IMG/VR virus record: IMGVR_UViG_3300008117_000011
Location: 124,001 to 188,000 of that record
Length of the DNA stretch: 64,000 bases
Reading direction: 5' to 3' (one strand)
Each line of letters starts with the position of its first letter. Position 1 is the first letter of the stretch. Made by a program: the position numbers and the translations under genes. Shown here piece by piece: positions 1-7,469 of this stretch. The notes under the pieces are model-generated. The model worked only from the letters and a program-made list of their open reading frames with translations. It was not told where the DNA came from and did not search any database.

Positions 1-556
1 GTGTTCCGCCAGTTATAGTTAAAAGTGCTGTCCCATCAAAAGTATCAACACCAGATGGGTGAATCACATTACAAAACACATCCATAGGAAATATTGTAAG
101 AACATCACATTCATTTCTAGGTTTAATAGTAATTGGTTTTTTGGGACAAGCATTATTAATACATTTACCACCATTACTAACAACAATACTTCCTTCATAA
201 TCAAAATATGGTTTTGTTTTTGCACAAAAATTAAATGTCTGACCTGTTGGTAAGATACCATCAAATAAAACATTGTTACAATTTACATATTGTGTTGTTA
301 TTGGTTCTGATGGTGTTTTAAATGTGTAACAATTACAATCACAATCACAACTACCACTATAATCTATTGTAAATGTTGTTGTACTAACACAAGTTCCTGA
401 ACTATAGTAGTTTACATAAAAACATTCACCACTTAAGACTTCTGTGTTTGTGATATCTAAAACGACATAATTATTTACAAAACCAGACAGATTTGGTTCG
501 TTACTATAAAATGGTGTAAGAGTTCCATTACAAGGATATAGTTTATAACATGCCAT
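1..556 (-). CDS. Cys-rich virion/fibre-associated protein, 3'-truncated by the window edge; SprB-like repeat begins near the edge
   Basis: Not in the ORF track. Hand translation from ATG at 556 gives MACYKLYPCNGTLTPFYSNEPNLSG...CDCDCNCYTF...NECDVLTIFPMDVFCNVIHPSGVDTFDGTALLTITGGT, open to position 1. TATTTAT motif at 568-574. Confidence 0.75.
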   Translation of the reverse strand, partial: MACYKLYPCNGTLTPFYSNEPNLSGFVNNYVVLDITNTEVLSGECFYVNYYSSGTCVSTTTFTIDYSGSCDCDCNCYTFKTPSEPITTQYVNCNNVLFDGILPTGQTFNFCAKTKPYFDYEGSIVVSNGGKCINNACPKKPITIKPRNECDVLTIFPMDVFCNVIHPSGVDTFDGTALLTITGGT

Positions 557-575
557 TCTTTTTAATAATAAATAA

Positions 576-1556
576 TTACTTTTTTGTTTTTTGAATAAAT
601 GATTTCATTAATTCAATATACTTTATTGTTGATGAATTTTTATCAATATAATCAAAATGATTTTCATTTTTAATTAGACATTCAATTGGGTCAATATTTA
701 TGTATTCACCTTTATAGAATTTTGTTGATTTTAAGTCGTCGGTTACTCCTGCCATATGAAGTATTGGGCACTTTTCATATTTTTCAATGTTATCAGTTGC
801 CCAAGAAAAATTAAGATCCTTAATAACACTTGTTTTGTTTCCATTAAGCCAAAGGTTCCAAAGAAGCGACCACATTTCTGCAGTCCAAAATTGTATCTGC
901 CCTGGATTGATCGGGAACCTTTTTTGATATGAGTGCATTTGAAAATACAATGGTGTTGAGTCTTCGTATATTTTATACCACAACTTGGAGTCAGTATTTT
1001 TTACAATATATTGGCCACCCCCAGAATTTTCTTGATTTTCTTTTATCACATTTACATCAATTCCAATAACATCAGCCATTTCACTTAATAGTTGTCCTTT
1101 CTTAGAATTTTTATGTTGCCTTTCATATCTATCACAACAGTCAATAATGTAATTATATCCAATGTATCCTATGGTGTCTGAAAGGTATGATATATCATCT
1201 TTTAATAATGTTTCAAAATCTGGTAATTCTCTAAAAATAATATCAGCATCGTGAAGAAAAAATGATTTACCAAATTGTGGATATTCTTCAAGCCATCTTG
1301 AAATTAAATATGGTTTTATACTTGGTATATATGTTTTTTTTCTTCTACTATCTTCATAGAAATGTATATTAACCCCAAGATTTAAAAGTTCTTTAGCACC
1401 TTCGGATGGTTCTTTTGCTCCGTGGACCATTGCTAGTATTACGTGAATATTTTTTGGGTTAATTCCTTTTTCAATAAAATTATGAACATATAACTTTATT
1501 TGCCAATGAAAATAAGAAACATCTGGTTGTGCGGATACAAAAACTAAATCTTGCAT
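576..1556 (-). CDS. Glycosyltransferase, GT-A fold, HPAT/SERGT1 (GT95/GT96)-like
   Basis: Ordered motifs YFHWQ, YIPSIKPY, hydrophobic strand + DAD (FFLHDADIIFR), GYIG, GGGQY, WTAEMWS and ILH. These parallel plant peptidyl-serine galactosyltransferase/Hyp arabinosyltransferase motifs as I recall them. Confidence 0.7.
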   Translation of the reverse strand: MQDLVFVSAQPDVSYFHWQIKLYVHNFIEKGINPKNIHVILAMVHGAKEPSEGAKELLNLGVNIHFYEDSRRKKTYIPSIKPYLISRWLEEYPQFGKSFFLHDADIIFRELPDFETLLKDDISYLSDTIGYIGYNYIIDCCDRYERQHKNSKKGQLLSEMADVIGIDVNVIKENQENSGGGQYIVKNTDSKLWYKIYEDSTPLYFQMHSYQKRFPINPGQIQFWTAEMWSLLWNLWLNGNKTSVIKDLNFSWATDNIEKYEKCPILHMAGVTDDLKSTKFYKGEYINIDPIECLIKNENHFDYIDKNSSTIKYIELMKSFIQKTKK

Positions 1557-1615
1557 TTATAATTTACTTTAAAATAAATTTAAATGAAATAGTAAAATAC
1601 TGAATAGATTATGTT

Positions 1616-4600
1616 TTAGTTATTTAAATTCTCAAGAGCCGATATTCTATTTTTTAACTCATCTATTACTACTTGTTGTTCTTTTATAGCTTCAACAAGT
1701 AATGGTATCATAGCGTCAGTATGAACACCTTTGTACTGATCAACTTTATTTGTAAATGATAATCTAGGTTCAACAGATTCAACTTGTTGTGCGATAAATC
1801 CAAATCTTTCATCATTTCCACCAGCTTTTCTATCTTTCCATTGATATGTAACACCACTTAGTTGTAATATTGTATCTAAACCACCAGTTATTGGTTTTAT
1901 ATTTTCTTTTAGTCTTTCATCTGATGTATTTGTTGTTAACTTACCTGTTGCATCTATTCTAATGTCATTAACAAAAGCTGAAGTACCCACACTTCTTAAT
2001 GCAATATTTTCAGCTTCTAAGTAATTAACAACATATACCACAGGTTCATTTGTCCCACTAAAAACTGAAGTTGTATCACCAGATGGTAACAAATATAATG
2101 TGTCATCAGTACCACTTGTTCTAAAAATAATTGGACCATCAGATTCATTAACAATAAATAAAGTAGCGTTTGTTGACCCAGTACTAAAATTAGCTTCAAG
2201 AGCTGAGTAGTTACTATATTGAGTTAGTCTAGTATTTAAACTTGGTGATGTTGTACCATTATATAACCTAATATTTGATCCTGCTGACCCAGTTCTTAAC
2301 TGAATATTATTTTCAATTGACGCTGTTTCTGAGTAAATACCAAGTTCATTATTTGGTCCAACTGATAAACCTGGTATAAGACTACTATAAGTGTTATTTG
2401 GTCCTCCAATTCTTACATTTCCGGTTATTCTTGTGTTACCACTAACGTGTAATTTTTCACTTGGTGTTTCCAATCCAAGTCCAATAAAGCCTTTGCTACT
2501 ACCATTACCATCAATAAACATATGTGCGGTAGATAAATCTGGTGTTGTTCCAGCATAAAATCTTATATTATCAAGTGGAACCGATCCAGATGGTGCGTTT
2601 ATAATATTTAAGTTTCTTGTATTTGCTCCGGCATATAAAAACATATCACCATTACCACCATAACCCGGGAATATGGTATCAGTCCAACTTCTCATTCCAA
2701 CGCTACCTCCAGTTGCTGGTTGGACAAAACTATTAAAGGCTATGGTGACATCAAATCTTGGTATTCCAGTACTTGAGAAAATATTAAACCTTCCTCCTGT
2801 TGATGTTGGATCATAGTAAAATTCACTATTTGTTCCGACAACTTGTAAGGGATATTGTGGTGAGTCGGTACCAACACCCAATCTTTCATTTGCTAAGTCA
2901 ACTGTAATCCCACTATTGGACCCAAAATAAACATTTCCTTCATCTAAAGGATTTATATTTAATGGAGAACAAGAATGAATATTATAAACATATAAATCAT
3001 CAACACAATCTGTCGGTGACCCAATTGTTGTCGCAGATATTGTTGTTGCTGATAATCCACCAGTAAACGTTGTTGTTCCAGTTACAATACCACCACTAAA
3101 ACCACCGGTTGTTCCAGTAACAACAAATCCATTTACATCAATTCCTAAATTATTAATTGATGTACCAGTTCCAAGTAAAGATATGTTTAGATATGGTACA
3201 TAAACGGTATCGTCTGTTGTACCAGTTATATTTTGACCACCAATAACCACAGACCTATTACCAGATACAAGTGAATCGCTTGAGTGTATAAATGATCTAC
3301 TACCATTTGCAATTGATTGGTAACCACCAGCGTGTGAAGCATTTCCAGATGCTATTGTAAAATATCCTTCTGTATGTGAAAATGATCCATTCGCTATTGT
3401 TGCATAACCCTCAGCATGTGAAGCACCCCCGCTTGCGAGTGTTGTAATACCCTCTGCGTGTGCCCAAGTAGTTGTCGCACTTGTTTGTTGACCTTCTGAA
3501 TGTGAATAATCACCAGAGGCTGTTGTTTGATAACCTTCTGAATGTGAATAATTACCGGATGCTGTTGTTTGATAACCTTCTGCGTGTGATGTAATACCAT
3601 TGGCAATTGTTAAACCACCTTCTGCGTGTGAACCAAGTCCGGCTGCGGTACCACCACTTATAATATTAAAACCATCATAATAACCACCTTCAGCGTGAGC
3701 TCCTTGATTTGCAGCCAAAGAATAATACCCTTCAGCGTGTGAACGAAGAGTACTGGCAATTGTTGAGTCTCCTTCTGTGTGTGTATAATCACCAAGGGCT
3801 TGGGTAAAAAATCCTTCAGCATGTGAATAATCTCCTTGTGCAATTGTTGAGAGTCCCTCTGCATGTGAAGCGATACCAGTTGCTGTTGTAAGTTGTCCTT
3901 CGGCATGTGAATTATCTCCAGTGGCTATTGTTCCAGCTCCTTCGGCGTGTGACCCAATTCCGGTTGCCGACCCACCACTAAAATAAAAAAATCCATTAAA
4001 ATATCCACCTTCGGCGTGTGATGCAAAACCTCCGGCGATTGACTGGTATCCTTCAGCATGTGATGTGTCACCGCTAGCTATTGTTGAGTCACCTTGTGAG
4101 TGTGAAGCGACACCAATGCTTGTTGTACTAACTCCTTCTGCGTGTGATGTAGCACCATTGGCAATTGTATTATACCCCTCGGTGTGTGATCTTAAACCAA
4201 ACGCACTTGTAGATTCACCTTCGGCGTGTGAAAAATCACCTCCCGCAATAGTTGAATACCCCTCGGCGTGTGCGCTATCACCACTAGTTGTTGTAGAACT
4301 ACCTTCCGCATGTGATGAGGCACCACTAGTTGTTGTAGAACTACCTTCCGCATGTGAAGCAAATCCGGTGGCGTTTGTTTGAATTCCCTCAGCATGCGAA
4401 TAATTACCTTGTGCTATTGTATTGGCTCCTTCAGCATGACTTATTATCCCTAATGCATATGATGTATCACCCTCAGCGTGACTACCTTGTAAAGCTATTG
4501 TTAAAACACCCTCAGCGTGTGAATAATCACTAGCTTGTGTTTGATAACCCTCAGTATGTGAATAATCACCAGCTACAGTCTGAAACCCTTCGGCGTGTGA

Positions 4601-4918
4601 AGTAAGCCCGCTAGCAATTGACCCATCGCCACTTGCTGTTGAGTTATTACCTGATGCTAATGTTTGGTTTCCCCAAGCAACAGCCCTATCACCAGTGGCA
4701 TCAAGTCCGGTTGGGTTTACAGCTTTTATTGAGTCTACACCAGTAGATCCTGATGTCCAATAATCGGTTGGGAATATGACATTACTCAAAACTTGGCCGA
4801 TGCTTGCTTTATATGATGAGCCAGCTGGATTTTGTGATGTATCACCAGTTATGACAATGTGAATTAAATCATTTAATGTTACGCCAGTAGCTAAAGTCCT
4901 ATCGGTAAGAAATGCCAT
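1616..4918 (-). CDS. Trimeric tail fibre/adhesin with YadA-head-like SHAEG repeats and C-terminal peptidase S74 intramolecular chaperone
   Basis: About 30 repeats of a ~14-aa unit SHAEGxxTxAxG. C-terminus has TSDERLKENI...GVTYQWK...GFIAQQVE...LLVEAIKEQQ followed by a coiled coil. Confidence 0.88.
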   Translation of the reverse strand: MAFLTDRTLATGVTLNDLIHIVITGDTSQNPAGSSYKASIGQVLSNVIFPTDYWTSGSTGVDSIKAVNPTGLDATGDRAVAWGNQTLASGNNSTASGDGSIASGLTSHAEGFQTVAGDYSHTEGYQTQASDYSHAEGVLTIALQGSHAEGDTSYALGIISHAEGANTIAQGNYSHAEGIQTNATGFASHAEGSSTTTSGASSHAEGSSTTTSGDSAHAEGYSTIAGGDFSHAEGESTSAFGLRSHTEGYNTIANGATSHAEGVSTTSIGVASHSQGDSTIASGDTSHAEGYQSIAGGFASHAEGGYFNGFFYFSGGSATGIGSHAEGAGTIATGDNSHAEGQLTTATGIASHAEGLSTIAQGDYSHAEGFFTQALGDYTHTEGDSTIASTLRSHAEGYYSLAANQGAHAEGGYYDGFNIISGGTAAGLGSHAEGGLTIANGITSHAEGYQTTASGNYSHSEGYQTTASGDYSHSEGQQTSATTTWAHAEGITTLASGGASHAEGYATIANGSFSHTEGYFTIASGNASHAGGYQSIANGSRSFIHSSDSLVSGNRSVVIGGQNITGTTDDTVYVPYLNISLLGTGTSINNLGIDVNGFVVTGTTGGFSGGIVTGTTTFTGGLSATTISATTIGSPTDCVDDLYVYNIHSCSPLNINPLDEGNVYFGSNSGITVDLANERLGVGTDSPQYPLQVVGTNSEFYYDPTSTGGRFNIFSSTGIPRFDVTIAFNSFVQPATGGSVGMRSWTDTIFPGYGGNGDMFLYAGANTRNLNIINAPSGSVPLDNIRFYAGTTPDLSTAHMFIDGNGSSKGFIGLGLETPSEKLHVSGNTRITGNVRIGGPNNTYSSLIPGLSVGPNNELGIYSETASIENNIQLRTGSAGSNIRLYNGTTSPSLNTRLTQYSNYSALEANFSTGSTNATLFIVNESDGPIIFRTSGTDDTLYLLPSGDTTSVFSGTNEPVVYVVNYLEAENIALRSVGTSAFVNDIRIDATGKLTTNTSDERLKENIKPITGGLDTILQLSGVTYQWKDRKAGGNDERFGFIAQQVESVEPRLSFTNKVDQYKGVHTDAMIPLLVEAIKEQQVVIDELKNRISALENLNN
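3270..4700 (-). repeat. Coding tandem repeat array, mostly 42-bp (14-aa) period, within the fibre gene
   Basis: 37-bp identical copies at 4279-4315 and 4321-4357. Further near-identical 42-bp-spaced copies around 3491-3582. Confidence 0.9.
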
Positions 4919-4930
4919 ATTTTTTTATTT

Positions 4931-4937
4931 ATAAATA
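4931..4937 (-). promoter_or_regulatory. TATTTAT motif upstream of the fibre gene (representative of about 17 copies)
   Basis: The same heptamer lies in sense orientation 4-45 nt upstream of most intergenic-preceded starts (listed in findings). Confidence 0.6.
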
Positions 4938-4949
4938 CAATAAAATTTA

Positions 4950-5252
4950 TTATTGGAACTGGAATATCTCCCAATCCATAAAATAAAAATCATCCCCGTC
5001 TTGGAATTGTTTTTCTTCTGGTGGAATATCTATACAAGGAAGTACTCCGAATTTTTCACAACCAGTACTATCAATTAGTTTAAAGCCAATGGCCGGAGCC
5101 ATATTAAATGCTGGTGGTAAAGTAATTGTGACTGGTGTTGTAGTTATTTGCCCAACATATACACACCCTACATTATAAACCGTACACACATATCCACTAA
5201 ATGGTGGTACTAATGTTCCGGTTGTAATATTATTAATTATTAGTTGTGTCAT
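4950..5252 (-). CDS. Small Cys-containing virion protein, possible fibre adaptor
   Basis: 100-aa ORF in the structural operon. Beta-rich, with an aromatic/acidic C-terminus KQFQDGDDFYFMDWEIFQFQ directly before the fibre gene. Confidence 0.6.
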   Translation of the reverse strand: MTQLIINNITTGTLVPPFSGYVCTVYNVGCVYVGQITTTPVTITLPPAFNMAPAIGFKLIDSTGCEKFGVLPCIDIPPEEKQFQDGDDFYFMDWEIFQFQ

Positions 5253-5264
5253 TATTTTTATGTA

Positions 5265-7469
5265 TTAGGTACATGCGACACAGGCAATATTATAATCTAT
5301 TATTAGATTTAATTTTATATTTTCATCATTTAATAAATTATATTTTTGTGTTGAGCAATTTTTTTGTATTTCTTCACAATCATTTGTTAGTTTGATTGTA
5401 TTGTTTTCAAAATCAATAATTATATCACCAATTCCGTTAAATTGATTAAATAAAGATTTTACAGTTTCGGACCATAAATAATCTGTTGGGTAATCATTAA
5501 GTGCTGTTGATGTGTAGAACAATTCTTCTTTAATCTCGGATCCAACAACTGCCTGAGCTGTAAATGTAGCACCGGTTACAATACAATTTGTATCACCACT
5601 AGTTAAATCATAAAACCCTTCGCTATACATTTGAAGTATTCCTCTTTTTGCTAGTGCTTTGGTGTTTTCAAAATAACTTTCACATATATTGAAAATCTCG
5701 TAACTTGAGAACAGCTTTGTCCCATTTAATAAAATGGACGTTGTTTTAAAGCACCCACCACCATCTGTTATTGTAAGTTCATATGTTCCAGATGTAAGTC
5801 CTGTCACTGTTGTTCCAGTTTGTCCGGTTATTACTGGATTCCAACTAATTGTAAATGGTGGTGTACCATCTGTTATATAAATATCAATCCTACCATCATT
5901 ACCTAATGCTGGACTTATTGTTGTGTATATATAATCAACACAACTTGATGGTGCAATAAATAAAGTTTTTGTTTGTGTACAAGGAAGTAAATCATTATCG
6001 GTAACCTCTAGTGTGTAAGTCCCAGGGGCTAGATTTTGGAAATATCCAATGTTTTGAGTTACGTTTACAAGTGATGGTGATGGTCCTGTAAGTTTATATG
6101 AAACTGGGAGTGTTGCCCCAGTTGATATTGATGTACTTATTTCTCCATTATTTAAACCAAATGTTGTGTCAATTGTAATCGCACTTATTGTAAACTTATC
6201 AACATTGTTTACCGATGTTGTTCCACTATAAACACACCCACCTTTATCTATTGTAATAATGTAATTACCGCTTGATACATTTAAAAATGTTTCAGATAAA
6301 CTACCATTTGGTATCATACTAAAACTTCCATTTGATCCTGATAATGTATATGAATATGTTCCTGGGGTTCCTGCACCAATATTAACCCCTATACTACCAT
6401 TGTTGTTACTACAATTTGAATTTGTTGTTGATATTGTAACATTATTAAATGAGTTTGGCGTTACAAGTGTTGTTGATTTAGTGTCGGTACATAGTCCGGC
6501 GTCAGTTATTGTGACTTCAAAAAATCCACCAGAAAGACCTGTAAAAGTGTAAGATGTTGCAAAATCAACATATGATGCTCCGTTTGACCCATAGTAAAAA
6601 TATGGTGCCGTTCCACCGGTTACTATAACGGTGACCTCTCCGTCACCTAAAAAACAAGATGGTGGTTGTGTTACAAGTAGTGACCCAATACCAACATTTG
6701 GTACTTTATTTACTTGGAATGCTTTTGTAACTTCACATCCATTTGTGTTTGTAACTTTAACGGAATACAATCCTTGTGTTAAACCAGTAATTGTCGTTCC
6801 GGTTTGACCATTTACATTACTTAACCAATCTATTGTGTAGGCACTTGTAGGTGTTGTAAGTCCGGTTATAAAAATTTTACCCTGACCTTCAGTTGATATA
6901 CAACTTGAGTCGTTTACAATATAGGCACCATAGTCAAAAGTTGTTGACGATTTTACAATTACAGAAGCACTTTTACCAGAGCAACCACCTCCATCATCAC
7001 CAATTATATAATATGTATTTGGCAATAAGTTAGTGAAAACATAACTATTTTCACCAGGAATTACTGGCCCTACAGATATGAGATTATCTGAAAAATCATA
7101 TAAATTAAGTGTTATAGCACCATATGAACTTGGTGTTGTTCCAGTTATTGACCCGTTTGTTAGATTACAAGTTGTACCTTCAGCATCAATACTTACTGAG
7201 GTTCCTGATGATATATAAAATGGTACAACAATATCATAAGTTGAGGCGTCAACTATAGTTAAAAAATATTCACCAGGTGGTAATCCACTGGTTTGATAAA
7301 GAGTATAATCAGTTGATGTATATGCTGAAGAAGGTAATAATCCAGTTGTTGTTGGTCCTTCATAAACCGCCCACCCAGGTGTATTACCGGTAAATAAAAG
7401 GTCAATCGCACCGCTACTCGTAAAAGAGCAATCCCCAGTTAATGATATGTTTATTAAAGTAATTGACAT
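5265..7469 (-). CDS. SprB-repeat (Ig-like) virion protein
   Basis: Repeated units such as C...DG.I.V..TGGTAPY.Y....G.......FTGLSGG.Y.VTITDAGLC, the pattern of Bacteroidota SprB repeats. Confidence 0.75.
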   Translation of the reverse strand: MSITLINISLTGDCSFTSSGAIDLLFTGNTPGWAVYEGPTTTGLLPSSAYTSTDYTLYQTSGLPPGEYFLTIVDASTYDIVVPFYISSGTSVSIDAEGTTCNLTNGSITGTTPSSYGAITLNLYDFSDNLISVGPVIPGENSYVFTNLLPNTYYIIGDDGGGCSGKSASVIVKSSTTFDYGAYIVNDSSCISTEGQGKIFITGLTTPTSAYTIDWLSNVNGQTGTTITGLTQGLYSVKVTNTNGCEVTKAFQVNKVPNVGIGSLLVTQPPSCFLGDGEVTVIVTGGTAPYFYYGSNGASYVDFATSYTFTGLSGGFFEVTITDAGLCTDTKSTTLVTPNSFNNVTISTTNSNCSNNNGSIGVNIGAGTPGTYSYTLSGSNGSFSMIPNGSLSETFLNVSSGNYIITIDKGGCVYSGTTSVNNVDKFTISAITIDTTFGLNNGEISTSISTGATLPVSYKLTGPSPSLVNVTQNIGYFQNLAPGTYTLEVTDNDLLPCTQTKTLFIAPSSCVDYIYTTISPALGNDGRIDIYITDGTPPFTISWNPVITGQTGTTVTGLTSGTYELTITDGGGCFKTTSILLNGTKLFSSYEIFNICESYFENTKALAKRGILQMYSEGFYDLTSGDTNCIVTGATFTAQAVVGSEIKEELFYTSTALNDYPTDYLWSETVKSLFNQFNGIGDIIIDFENNTIKLTNDCEEIQKNCSTQKYNLLNDENIKLNLIIDYNIACVACT

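Noticed and set aside
4065-4395. Overlapping ORFs 4065..4382 (+), 4192..4395 (-) and the many other short antisense or alternate-frame ORFs in the track
   Set aside because: Shadows of codon bias and repeats in long genes; no recognisable motifs or expression signals.
3270-4700. CRISPR array
   Set aside because: The repeats are in-frame 42-bp coding units with synonymous variation and no unique spacers.
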